Virus record (IMG/VR): IMGVR_UViG_3300022918_000010
DNA length: 64,000 nucleotides
Strand: one strand, 5' to 3'
Source: a virus
Lineage: Duplodnaviria > Heunggongvirae > Uroviricota > Caudoviricetes
In this document: positions 46,948-56,097 of the stretch, piece after piece
Layout: every line of letters starts with the position of its first letter
How positions within the stretch are numbered: position 1 is the first letter of the stretch
The notes under the pieces: model-generated
Told to the model about the DNA's origin: nothing
What the model saw: the letters and a program-made list of their open reading frames with translations, nothing else
Database searches by the model: none
Position numbers and translations under genes: made by a program

Positions 46948-47238
46948 TTAAGCTATACTATCAAATAATATAAATTCTCTATATTTACCTTTTGGTCTTT
47001 TCTTAGAAGCAATAAGTGAGTTTGGTAAAACATCACAACAGGCTCCTGATACTTGATAAAAATAATGTAGACCATTAGGATGATATCTACGTGAATCATT
47101 ACCATCTGGTTGATCTGGAGTACCTAAGATTTCAATAAGTTCACATTTACATGGATCTTTAAGGTAACCTCTAAGAGTAGATGGAATAGGGAAGCCCAAT
47201 TCGTCTTTTAATGCAAAATATCTTAATTTTTTTGCCAT
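46948..47238 (-). CDS. Cys-rich hypothetical protein
   Basis: track ORF trimmed to MAKKLRYF start; CKC...CC motifs. Confidence 0.4.
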   Translation of the reverse strand: MAKKLRYFALKDELGFPIPSTLRGYLKDPCKCELIEILGTPDQPDGNDSRRYHPNGLHYFYQVSGACCDVLPNSLIASKKRPKGKYREFILFDSIA

Positions 47239-47247
47239 AATATATAG

Positions 47248-47278
47248 TTTGAATTTAAACTTGAAATGTGTAGATTTG
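47248..47278 (+). promoter_or_regulatory. Bacteroidota-type promoter candidate: TTTG-N19-TAGATTTG
   Basis: -33-like TTTG at 47248-47251 and -7 TAGATTTG at 47271-47278 in the divergent intergenic region. Confidence 0.4.
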
Positions 47279-47344
47279 TGAATAACTTTACAATATAATA
47301 TACTAAAAATCAACTAATAAACCTAAATATATAATAAATAACAT

Positions 47345-47920
47345 ATGAATGATGATGATATAAAAGAAGAGAAAAGATATATAGATAAGTTTAAAATGAA
47401 TTTTGCTCTTAGGTACGGATATTACCCTAAGATAGATATAAGTGACAGAACACCAACATTATTAACACACGATTTAAATAGTCTTTTAGAAATAATTGAT
47501 AACTTTATTCCTGATGATATAGTTAATAAACTATCAACTATAAAAATCAAAACTAGAAAAAGACCTATTACTCTTCTTAGAAGTATATTTTGTATGTTAT
47601 CAATGGATATGGGATATACTTTAGTTGAAATAGGTAAATTTTTAAATAAAGATCATTCTACTATTATTTATAATAATAAAGCAGGATATGATTTATTAGA
47701 GAATGATACTGAATTTCAGAAATTATATATTCAGATATCAACAATAGTCAATCCAAAAATATATCCACATGCAAGAATTAATGAAGTTATTGATAATAAA
47801 CAAATTGACACCAAACCAGTTGGTGCTTTTAGATTGCATCAACGAAGGTATAATGTCACAAGACCTAATTTCGAACAAAGAAGAGGAATTAAAGGTATTA
47901 GAAGAGAAGAATTTCATTGA
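47345..47920 (+). CDS. DnaA C-terminal-domain-like DNA-binding protein
   Basis: ITLLRSIFCMLSMDMGYTLVEIGKFLNKDHSTIIY resembles Bac_DnaA_C (...IG..FGGRDHTTVLHA). Confidence 0.5.
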   Translation: MNDDDIKEEKRYIDKFKMNFALRYGYYPKIDISDRTPTLLTHDLNSLLEIIDNFIPDDIVNKLSTIKIKTRKRPITLLRSIFCMLSMDMGYTLVEIGKFLNKDHSTIIYNNKAGYDLLENDTEFQKLYIQISTIVNPKIYPHARINEVIDNKQIDTKPVGAFRLHQRRYNVTRPNFEQRRGIKGIRREEFH

Positions 47921-48356
47921 TGAACATAATAAACTTACAGTAAGTGGTTATACTTTATTAGAGGATGCACAAAAGTTATTTGTAATTCCACGTAACAAGA
48001 AAAAGAATAATCTAATTACTACTGAGTTTATGCAAAATTTAGAAGAGTATAGGGAACTATTTCCTAATAAAAAACTACCGTCTGGTAAAGCTGCCAGAAC
48101 CAATATAGATGATCTTAAGAAGAAAATGATTGAATTTAGAATTAAATATCCTAGTTATAGTTGGGATACAATTTTAGATGCTACTACATATTATGTAGAA
48201 GAATATCGTAAATCTGATTACATGTATATGAAAACTGCGGGATATTATATATCAAAAAATAATGAGTCAGATTTAGCTACAGATTGTCAGCTTCTTATAG
48301 AAGGTGGTATGGAAGAGTTACAAAGAAAATCTACATCATTATATAGTGTAAGATAA
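47769..48356 (+). CDS. hypothetical protein (start ambiguous; ATG 47853 alternative)
   Basis: overlaps the upstream gene by 150 nt in another frame; true start uncertain. Confidence 0.4.
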   Translation: MQELMKLLIINKLTPNQLVLLDCINEGIMSQDLISNKEEELKVLEEKNFIDEHNKLTVSGYTLLEDAQKLFVIPRNKKKNNLITTEFMQNLEEYRELFPNKKLPSGKAARTNIDDLKKKMIEFRIKYPSYSWDTILDATTYYVEEYRKSDYMYMKTAGYYISKNNESDLATDCQLLIEGGMEELQRKSTSLYSVR

Positions 48357-48365
48357 AGGAGGAAG

Positions 48366-49331
48366 ATGAGTGATAAACCTAAACTGAAATTATGGAGTCA
48401 TATCTCTGATATTCATAAAGCTGGTATAGCTTATATGGAAGATAGAAGAGATGGTATTGTTAAATCAATAGCAACTCCATGGAAGAAGTTTAATGATGCG
48501 GGTATTGGTGGGCTTGAATGGGGAACTATAAATACTATAGGTGGAAGACCTGGAAGTGGTAAAACACTTATAGTAAATCAAATAACCAGACAAGCTCATA
48601 GCTTAAATAAAGATCAAGACTTTTGTGTTCTTGATTTTCAGTTTGAAATGAGTAATAAGACTACTGCTGTAAGAGAATTCTCTTCTATAGTACGTAAGAC
48701 TTATAAAGAATTAGTAAGTGTTGATAGAAGAATTGATGATTCTGATATTAATATTATTAAGACTTATATAAGTAAAGGTGAACATAAAGAGATATATCAA
48801 GTAGATATGTCTATGACTGTTGATCAGATGAAGGAAACAATATTGTTATTCCTACATGAAAAAGGTAAACCTACTATAATCACAATAGATCATAGTGTGT
48901 TGATTAAAAAGGATGCTACAGAGAAAGATAAATTTGAAATGTTATATAATTTAGGTGAGATGATGACAGAGCTCAAAAGGGCTTATCCTGTTATCTTTAT
49001 TGTATTAACACAAATGAATCGTAGTATTGAGGCACAGGAAAGAAAGATTCCTGGAACAGTAGGAAATTATCCTACAACAGCTGATGTTTTTGGAGCAGAT
49101 GCTCTATTACAACATTCAGATTTAATGGTTGCAATCAATAAACCATCTGAATATTATTTAGATATTTATGGTCCAGAACAGTACATTGTTGATGAAAAAA
49201 CCTTAGCTTTACACTTTGTAAAAGCACGTAATGGTGATAGATCAATATGTTTCTTTGAAGCTCAATTTGAACATATGAGTATTAAAGAGATGGGAATACC
49301 AGCAACTAAAAAAGTAAAATTAAGAACGTAA
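48366..49331 (+). CDS. DnaB-like replicative helicase (RecA-like C-terminal domain only)
   Basis: Walker A GGRPGSGKT; FQFEMSNKTTAVRE resembles DnaB H2 FSLEMS...R; IITIDHSVLI. Confidence 0.7.
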   Translation: MSDKPKLKLWSHISDIHKAGIAYMEDRRDGIVKSIATPWKKFNDAGIGGLEWGTINTIGGRPGSGKTLIVNQITRQAHSLNKDQDFCVLDFQFEMSNKTTAVREFSSIVRKTYKELVSVDRRIDDSDINIIKTYISKGEHKEIYQVDMSMTVDQMKETILLFLHEKGKPTIITIDHSVLIKKDATEKDKFEMLYNLGEMMTELKRAYPVIFIVLTQMNRSIEAQERKIPGTVGNYPTTADVFGADALLQHSDLMVAINKPSEYYLDIYGPEQYIVDEKTLALHFVKARNGDRSICFFEAQFEHMSIKEMGIPATKKVKLRT

Positions 49332-49332
49332 T

Positions 49333-49848
49333 ATGATTACATCAAAAGGACTTCTTACTAAAGAGGAAAAAGAGCAAAAGTTATTGGATGCTAGAGAATA
49401 TCATAAAGATATTTTGCAACATTATAATGCAAAAGCAACAGACTTTAACTTTAAGAAAGAATTTATGGATGCCAGACAAAAAGTTGTTGGTATATTTCCA
49501 TCAGAATTTAAGAAAGACAATGGTTTCTTTCTTGAGTTTATAGATTCTAATCTTGATCCTACAGATAAAGAAAGAAAGTTATATAGATTACAACCTACTG
49601 AGAATTATGAAGATATTTATAATTTATTACAGTCAGGTTCTTATGCAGTTCCTTTAGAAGATCTAGAGGTTGCATCTATACCAGTTAAGGAAAAGAAGAA
49701 AGATTTTGAAGTTAATTTTGATACATTAAATGAAGTAAAAGATGATAATATCAGTAACATGACTATTACAGACTTTGCTGCAATAATGTGGATGAAACCA
49801 GTCTCAACAAGACCATGGTTAAATAACTTAATAAATCAGAATTTATAA
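49333..49848 (+). CDS. hypothetical protein
   Basis: ORF track. Confidence 0.5.
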   Translation: MITSKGLLTKEEKEQKLLDAREYHKDILQHYNAKATDFNFKKEFMDARQKVVGIFPSEFKKDNGFFLEFIDSNLDPTDKERKLYRLQPTENYEDIYNLLQSGSYAVPLEDLEVASIPVKEKKKDFEVNFDTLNEVKDDNISNMTITDFAAIMWMKPVSTRPWLNNLINQNL

Positions 49849-49851
49849 TAT

Positions 49852-50640
49852 ATGTCAGATTTTAAATTACCAACATCACCAACTATAAATGTAGATCAAT
49901 CACCAAATAACTTAGTGATTATATCTAAACCAAAAACAGGTAAGACTAGTTTATTAGCTGGATTACCTAATTGTTTAATCCTAGACTTTGAAAATGGTTC
50001 AGGATTTGTAAATGCAATGAGAGTTCATATTGAATCAGTTGATGATATTACAAAAACAGCAGAAGCTATTGCAGCAGCTAACTTCCCATATGAGTATATA
50101 GGAGTTGATACTATGACTGCTTTAGAGGATATGTGTGTGGGATATGCTGAAACATTATATAGTAGGTCACCAATGGGTAAAAATTGGTTTGTAGCTGATA
50201 CTGGTGGTAAAGCTAAATATGGAAGTATTATAGCTCTTCCTGAAGGAAGTGGTTATCATTGGTTAAGACAAGCATTTGAAAAAGTATTGAGTGTTATTCA
50301 GAAAATGGCACCAAGAATAGTTCTAGCAGGACACATAAAAGATATCTTTTTAGATAAAGATGATAATAAAGTAACTTCATCAGAAATTGATTTAACTGGT
50401 AAGTTAAAAAGAGTTATAGCTTCTAAATCAGATTCCATTGGATATTTGTTTAGAAAGAAAAATCAAACCATACTAAGTTTTAAAACTAGTGAAGATGTTG
50501 TATGTGGTGCAAGACCAGAACATCTTAGTAATAAGGAAATTGTAGTCTCAGAAAAAATAGGTGATAAATTATACACTTATTGGGATGAAATTTTCTTAGA
50601 TTTGGATAAACAACCAAGAGCTCCTAAAGAGGAAAAGTAA
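49852..50640 (+). CDS. AAA_24/Sak4-like RecA-fold ATPase
   Basis: LVIISKPKTGKTSLLAGLPNCLILDFENG matches the AAA_24 N-terminus. Confidence 0.55.
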   Translation: MSDFKLPTSPTINVDQSPNNLVIISKPKTGKTSLLAGLPNCLILDFENGSGFVNAMRVHIESVDDITKTAEAIAAANFPYEYIGVDTMTALEDMCVGYAETLYSRSPMGKNWFVADTGGKAKYGSIIALPEGSGYHWLRQAFEKVLSVIQKMAPRIVLAGHIKDIFLDKDDNKVTSSEIDLTGKLKRVIASKSDSIGYLFRKKNQTILSFKTSEDVVCGARPEHLSNKEIVVSEKIGDKLYTYWDEIFLDLDKQPRAPKEEK

Positions 50641-50897
50641 TGATAAAGACAGCACATGAGATATTAAGTTCTTATCAGTGTTTTTCAGTTGAAATAGCAG
50701 ATCACTATACTGAATATGTAATATCAACTGAAGATGCTGAATTAGCAATGAAAGAATTTGCTGCACAATTTATAGATCTAGCAGCAGAACAAGGTAAAGT
50801 AGATTACAAAGAAGCTAGAAATGGCTTTGGAGATTATGAAAATGAATACTTTGTAAATAAAGATTCTATTTTAGAAATTAAGAAACAAATTAAATAA
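50640..50897 (+). CDS. hypothetical protein
   Basis: ORF track. Confidence 0.45.
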   Translation: MIKTAHEILSSYQCFSVEIADHYTEYVISTEDAELAMKEFAAQFIDLAAEQGKVDYKEARNGFGDYENEYFVNKDSILEIKKQIK

Positions 50898-50910
50898 TAA
50901 ATACAAATAT

Positions 50911-51558
50911 ATGTTAAGTACAAATAATCTTCCACAAGCAAACGTATCAAAAACTTTAAATCCAGGTAATCAAGTAGTGAAAATCAACTCTGTTGAATTA
51001 GCTAAAGGATATCAAGAAGGTTCATATCAAGTTAATCTTAATATGGAAGGAGAGGATTTAGGTGATGATTTTGAGGGATTTTTTATAGATAACGTATCTA
51101 AATCTGGAGACAGATATAAAGGACAAGTGGGAAGAGTTAGAATGTCACAGTATGCATATAATAATGCAACAACTAATAGTGGCGTTAAGATTGACAGAGA
51201 TCAATCTATTTTAAGAGGTCTACAAAACTTAGCTAAAGTAAGTGGAGTATTATCTCAGTTAGATGCTATAGAAGCAGATACAATTGAAGAGTATATTCCA
51301 TTAGCATCAGAAGTATTAGCTGGTGGTGAATATTTTAAAGCATGTATTGGTGGTAAAGAATACCTTAATAAAGGTGGTTATACACAACATGATTTGTTTT
51401 TACCTGGAAGTAAAGGTGGACAATATGCATTTACTGCAATAGATGAAGATGATTCTAAATTAATGCAATTTGATGCTAGTAAACATATAATTAAACCTAC
51501 TCCAGCAGCATCTGTAGATGGTTTTGAAGCAGCTAAGAAAAGTCAGTTCGCATTGTAA
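50911..51558 (+). CDS. hypothetical protein (candidate ssDNA-binding partner of the Sak4-like ATPase)
   Basis: position only; no motif. Confidence 0.4.
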   Translation: MLSTNNLPQANVSKTLNPGNQVVKINSVELAKGYQEGSYQVNLNMEGEDLGDDFEGFFIDNVSKSGDRYKGQVGRVRMSQYAYNNATTNSGVKIDRDQSILRGLQNLAKVSGVLSQLDAIEADTIEEYIPLASEVLAGGEYFKACIGGKEYLNKGGYTQHDLFLPGSKGGQYAFTAIDEDDSKLMQFDASKHIIKPTPAASVDGFEAAKKSQFAL

Positions 51559-51579
51559 TAGTTATAAATAGATAAATTA

Positions 51580-51607
51580 GGGGAGGAGAGATCTTCCCCT
51601 TTTTTTG
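51580..51607 (+). terminator. rho-independent terminator
   Basis: GGGGAGGA-GAGA-TCTTCCCC followed by TTTTTTTG. Confidence 0.7.
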
Positions 51608-51623
51608 TCTTAAAATTTTAATA

Positions 51624-52592
51624 ATGTTATCAACTAAGAATCTTGTTAATGATTATACAAGTGTTCCAGCTAAATTTATCTTTGAATACTACTGTAATTT
51701 ACAAGAGAAACTAACTGGTCAAGAGGTTACAATAAAGTCAATATTTAATGATCAGGATAATAATCCTAGTATGAGTATCTATATAGATAAAAAGACTAGA
51801 GATTATAAATTTAAAGATTTTTCTACAGGAATAGGTGGAAGTGCTATCAATTTAGTAATGGCTAGTAAAGGATTAAATTTTAACCAAGCTGCATTATTAA
51901 TTGTAAGTGATTATAATACATATAAACTACTTCACCCCGAAGAAGAAACAAAACAAATTGTAGTTCAAGATAAGTTTACAGTAAGTGATTATAAAATACG
52001 TAAATGGAATACTAATGATCAATCTTTTTGGACAGACTTTTATATTGGCAGTGAATTCTTAAATGAATATGAGGTTAAACCTTTATCAGAGTATACTATG
52101 TCACGTGTTGGTGATTCATTTACTATGAAAGGTCAATTTATGTATGGTTATTTTACTAAAGCTGGAGAGCTCTATAAAATATATCAACCTAAGAATAAAG
52201 AAAGAAAGTTTATTAAAGTTAAATCACATATACAAGGATCAGAACAATTAAAAGGTTATGATGTTCTTATTATACAATCAAGTATAAAAGATATTGGAGC
52301 TATGAAGAGTTTAAAACTTCAAGTAGATTCTATAGCTGCTGATTCAGAAAATGTAATGATACTTCCTGCTGTAATAGCTAAGTATAAGAAAGAATATAAG
52401 TGGGTTTTTGTGATGTTTGATAATGATGAAGCTGGTATAAAAGCTATGAAGAAGTATAGAGAGGTTTATAACTTACCATGTATACTACTTACTATAGGAA
52501 AAGACTTAGCTGAAGCAGTAAAAGATAAAGGTCCCAGGGAAATAAGACCACGTGTAATATCTTTGATAGAATTAAAAACTTTTGATATGTAA
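51624..52592 (+). CDS. DnaG-like primase (toprim domain)
   Basis: toprim signature VFVMFDNDEAGIKAMKK; N-terminal region resembles a cysteine-less primase zinc-binding fold. Confidence 0.6.
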   Translation: MLSTKNLVNDYTSVPAKFIFEYYCNLQEKLTGQEVTIKSIFNDQDNNPSMSIYIDKKTRDYKFKDFSTGIGGSAINLVMASKGLNFNQAALLIVSDYNTYKLLHPEEETKQIVVQDKFTVSDYKIRKWNTNDQSFWTDFYIGSEFLNEYEVKPLSEYTMSRVGDSFTMKGQFMYGYFTKAGELYKIYQPKNKERKFIKVKSHIQGSEQLKGYDVLIIQSSIKDIGAMKSLKLQVDSIAADSENVMILPAVIAKYKKEYKWVFVMFDNDEAGIKAMKKYREVYNLPCILLTIGKDLAEAVKDKGPREIRPRVISLIELKTFDM

Positions 52593-52615
52593 TAAAGTAG
52601 TTATATATTTGTTAT

Positions 52616-53074
52616 ATGACTCATTGGAAATATAAAGGAAAAGAAGTTACATGTTTAGAAGATATTGCTGACTATGAAAAGATAGTTGGTTTTGTGTATA
52701 TAATTAAAAGACAGAAGTCTTCAAATGGACCTGAAAAGATTTATATTGGTAAGAAGTCCTTACAACATTCACGTAAAGTACGTATAACAAAGAAGGAGAA
52801 ACTTGAAGCTCCAACTAGAAAAGTATTTAAAAGAGTAGTAAAAGAATCTGATTGGATTAAGTATTGGGGTTCATGCACTCCTTTAAAAGATGATATGAAG
52901 ATTATACCATTAAAATATTTTACTAGAGAAATAATTGAGTTTTGTTATACTAAAAAGTATTTATCTTATTGTGAAATTGAACATCAGTTTAAATATGATG
53001 TTCTTAGAAAAGATACCTATAATGGTAATATATTAAGTAGATACTTTAAAAAAGATATGTTAAATGAGCCGTAG
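52616..53074 (+). CDS. GIY-YIG endonuclease-like protein
   Basis: GFVYIIK...KIYIGKK matches the GIY-x10-YIG spacing. Confidence 0.5.
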   Translation: MTHWKYKGKEVTCLEDIADYEKIVGFVYIIKRQKSSNGPEKIYIGKKSLQHSRKVRITKKEKLEAPTRKVFKRVVKESDWIKYWGSCTPLKDDMKIIPLKYFTREIIEFCYTKKYLSYCEIEHQFKYDVLRKDTYNGNILSRYFKKDMLNEP

Positions 53075-53489
53075 TTATAAACAACCGTATACACGATCAA
53101 AAAGGTTTGATAGTACATGTAGATGTCATGGTACTTGTGAATATTGTAGAGATAATAGACTATACCAATCCAACAAACAGCCTACATTAGAAGAAGAATT
53201 AAAAATAGAAGACTATAATATGATACAACCAGAAAGTAAACTTCCTTGGGAATATACAAAAATAAGTGACGAATATATTGTAAAAGATGCAGAAGGTTTG
53301 GCTATTATGTGTGATAGACAATATGAAAATTGGGTTCCATATGAAGAAGATGCTAAATATTTAGTAGTAGCTTGTAATCAATATCCAGTATTATTAGATA
53401 CTTTAGAAAGATTAGAGTCAACTACTACAGATAAAGCTACAGCAGCTAAAATAAGAGAAGTTCTAATAGAACAAGGATTATGGAAATAA
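53064..53489 (+). CDS. hypothetical protein
   Basis: ORF track; CRCHGTCEYC. Confidence 0.45.
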   Translation: MSRSYKQPYTRSKRFDSTCRCHGTCEYCRDNRLYQSNKQPTLEEELKIEDYNMIQPESKLPWEYTKISDEYIVKDAEGLAIMCDRQYENWVPYEEDAKYLVVACNQYPVLLDTLERLESTTTDKATAAKIREVLIEQGLWK

Positions 53490-54181
53490 AGATAGTGTGC
53501 GTCTCAGATTCGCATGGGTTACATCGGAAGATGAAATATAAAATACCAGAATGTGATATACTTATTCATGCTGGAGATTACACCAATAGAGGTGAAAAAG
53601 AACAAGTAGATGATTTCTTTAAATGGTTAAATGAGCAAACTCAATGTACCACTAAAGTTGTTATTGAAGGTAATCATGATTTACATACAGAAGCTAGATT
53701 TGATGCTGAAACTGGTGCAAATAAGTGGTTTGAAGAGTTAATAGATAAACATAATATAAATAAACCAGAAGGTTCAATAACTAGATTATATAATTCATCT
53801 GTACAATTGTATGGATTAAATATATGGGGATCTCCTATTACTCCTGATTTTTATCCTGAGAATTGGGCACATAATTGTGCTAGAGGAACTAAAATTAAAG
53901 CTGTATGGGATGAAATTCCTTTAGATACAGATATAGTTGTAACACATGGTCCTGTATATGCTAAATTAGATTGGGTTCCTTATAGAGGAGGTGAATTTGT
54001 TGGTTGTGCAGAACTTGATTATAAATTACAAGAAGTAAAACCTATATTGCATGTATGTGGTCATATACATTGTGGGGTAGGTATTGAACAAACTATTGAT
54101 ACAATATATATTAATGCTTCTATATGTGATGAAAAGTATAGACCAATTAATGAACCACATACAATAGATTTGACAATATGA
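53480..54181 (+). CDS. calcineurin-like metallophosphoesterase
   Basis: VSDSHG, HAGD, GNHD, VTHGP, GHIH motifs in canonical order. Confidence 0.8.
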   Translation: MEIKIVCVSDSHGLHRKMKYKIPECDILIHAGDYTNRGEKEQVDDFFKWLNEQTQCTTKVVIEGNHDLHTEARFDAETGANKWFEELIDKHNINKPEGSITRLYNSSVQLYGLNIWGSPITPDFYPENWAHNCARGTKIKAVWDEIPLDTDIVVTHGPVYAKLDWVPYRGGEFVGCAELDYKLQEVKPILHVCGHIHCGVGIEQTIDTIYINASICDEKYRPINEPHTIDLTI

Positions 54182-54609
54182 CAATAATTAGTGGTTTTCA
54201 GACAGGAATTGACCAAATGGGATTAGAAGTTGCTAGAGAATTAGGTCTCCCTACAGGGGGATTTGCACCTAAAGACTTTAGAACTGAAAATGGTAGTCAA
54301 CGTAAATTGGCTGAGTTATATGGTATAAAAGAACACTCTAGTGGTGATTACAATGCAAGAACAGAGTTAAATATACAATTATCAGGAGGTACTATTATAT
54401 TTGGAGATATTAATTCTCCAGGAAGTAGGGCTACATTAAGATTTCTTAAGAAGCATGGTAAACCATATCTTATTAATCCCTCTGTAGAAGAAATAAAAGC
54501 TTTCAAGAAATATCAAGATATAATTAATATAGCTGGAAACAGAGGATCTAAGATAAGTAAAGAAGACTTAGAGAAATATAGACAAACTTTAAAAGAAGGT
54601 TTAGCATGA
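54178..54609 (+). CDS. MoCo-carrier-like (PF12694) / SLOG-family nucleotide-binding protein
   Basis: ISGFQTGIDQMGLEVARELGLPTGGFAPKDFRTENG...KKHGKP closely matches the MoCo_carrier consensus SGGQTGVDRAALDAA..G.P.GGW.PKG. Confidence 0.7.
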   Translation: MTIISGFQTGIDQMGLEVARELGLPTGGFAPKDFRTENGSQRKLAELYGIKEHSSGDYNARTELNIQLSGGTIIFGDINSPGSRATLRFLKKHGKPYLINPSVEEIKAFKKYQDIINIAGNRGSKISKEDLEKYRQTLKEGLA

Positions 54610-55628
54610 TTGAAGAATTAGTACAGGAAACAGTTGAAATTCTTGAAGAAGAATTCTATAGTAAAACATTTTACTTCTCATATTCTAGTATATCAAAGCT
54701 ATTATACAGTCCTGCTGTATTTTATCAAATGTATATACTTGGACATAGACCAGAAACTAGAGAACAACATCTCTTAACTGGAAGTGTTATACATTGTTTA
54801 TTATTAGAACCACATGAGTTTAATAATAGATATATTGTTTCTCCTACTAATTTACCAAAAGATCCATCTAAGTCTATTATAGATTCTGTATATAGAAAAA
54901 ATAAGAAAGCTATAAGTTTTGATAATACAATTGAACTTGATACTTTAGAATATAGTATATTAGAAACTCTGATGGATATTAATTTACATCAAAGTTTAAA
55001 ACAAGATTCAGCTAGACTTGATAAAGTGATAACTGAGCAGAACAAAAGTTATTTTGAGTTCTTAAAAAATAAAAATAATAAAGAGTTATTAGATGAAGAA
55101 ACATTCATCTATTGTAAAGAAGCTATAGACATCATTAAAAGTACCCCTGGAGTTCCCAAACTACTTGGAATTGGTGTAACACCAGAAGATAATATTGAGG
55201 TGTTTAATGAGCTATATTTAGAAGGACAATTTCCTGGTAAAGTATATGGTATAAAAGGAATATTAGATAATTTAGTAATTAATCATGATGAAAAGATTAT
55301 CTATATCAATGACTTTAAAACATCAAGTAAATCACTTGATAAATTTGAAGAGTCTATTGAATTCTGGAATTATTGGATGCAAGCCATAATATATATAGAT
55401 TTAGTAGGAATTAACTATATGAATCTAATAATGAAAGGATATCAAATTAAATTTTGTTTTCTAGTAATAGATAAATATTTTAATGTATATCCATTCCATT
55501 TAAGTGCTGATACAGCATTAAAGTGGAATAATAGATTGTTAAAAGTATTTGATGATTTAGATTATCATTACTTAAAGAATGATTATACACTTCCTGCAAA
55601 ATATGCACAAGGATTAGTAAAATTATAA
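54606..55628 (+). CDS. PD-(D/E)xK nuclease (Cas4/YqaJ-like exonuclease fold)
   Basis: GILDNLVINHDEKIIYINDFKTSSK matches D...(h)hDhKT(G/S). Confidence 0.5.
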   Translation: MIEELVQETVEILEEEFYSKTFYFSYSSISKLLYSPAVFYQMYILGHRPETREQHLLTGSVIHCLLLEPHEFNNRYIVSPTNLPKDPSKSIIDSVYRKNKKAISFDNTIELDTLEYSILETLMDINLHQSLKQDSARLDKVITEQNKSYFEFLKNKNNKELLDEETFIYCKEAIDIIKSTPGVPKLLGIGVTPEDNIEVFNELYLEGQFPGKVYGIKGILDNLVINHDEKIIYINDFKTSSKSLDKFEESIEFWNYWMQAIIYIDLVGINYMNLIMKGYQIKFCFLVIDKYFNVYPFHLSADTALKWNNRLLKVFDDLDYHYLKNDYTLPAKYAQGLVKL

Positions 55629-55652
55629 GTTGTATATAAGACAAATTATATA

Positions 55653-55660
55653 TAAATTTG
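55653..55660 (+). promoter_or_regulatory. TAAATTTG match to Bacteroidota -7 consensus
   Basis: 10 nt upstream of ATG 55671. Confidence 0.3.
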
Positions 55661-55670
55661 TACACACAAT

Positions 55671-56036
55671 ATGAGAGATAATAAAACAATGATATTAATT
55701 ACATCTTCATGGGAAGATAAAAAAACATTTAAAATGTTACCTATTAATGATAGGTGTATATATAATGAATGTATTTTTGATCCAGTTGAATGTATATTAG
55801 CTATCGTTTCTAAAGAATATAAAAAAAACCTGCATATGATACCTCAATTAGATATTACTGGTGGGGTTAAAAGTGGAAAAGAAAGAATAAAGTTAGATAC
55901 TTATTATGAGTATTTTATAGAAGAAAAACAAGAGATCATAGAATTTATTAAATCAATGGCTGATAATGATTATACATATAATTATATGGAAATTATAGAA
56001 TCAGCCTTCAAAAATAAAGCTGTTGAAACAGTTTAG
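55671..56036 (+). CDS. hypothetical protein
   Basis: ORF track. Confidence 0.5.
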   Translation: MRDNKTMILITSSWEDKKTFKMLPINDRCIYNECIFDPVECILAIVSKEYKKNLHMIPQLDITGGVKSGKERIKLDTYYEYFIEEKQEIIEFIKSMADNDYTYNYMEIIESAFKNKAVETV

Positions 56037-56050
56037 TGTCGTCATACACA

Positions 56051-56077
56051 TGTTAATTAAGAGGGGTTTCAGCCCCT
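56051..56077 (+). terminator. rho-independent terminator
   Basis: GAGGGG-TTTCAG-CCCCTC followed by TTTTTTTAT. Confidence 0.7.
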
Positions 56078-56097
56078 CTTTTTTTATCTTATAGATT

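Noticed and set aside
45519-46973. Plus-strand ORFs inside the minus-strand lysis block (45519-45791, 45824-46027, 46449-46646, 46731-46973)
   Set aside because: They are antisense to the TIGR02594 hydrolase and the membrane and lipoprotein genes, which have clear domain or topology signals.
48347-48365. AAGGAGG Shine-Dalgarno-like sequence upstream of the DnaB-like gene
   Set aside because: It is an isolated case. The overwhelming majority of starts have no SD, so it is not taken as evidence for an SD-dependent host.
50911-51650. Identical N-termini MLSTNNL / MLSTKNL of genes 50911 and 51624
   Set aside because: Only 6-7 residues are shared, with different codons, and there is no further similarity. 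This is probably coincidence, so it is not reported as a duplication.
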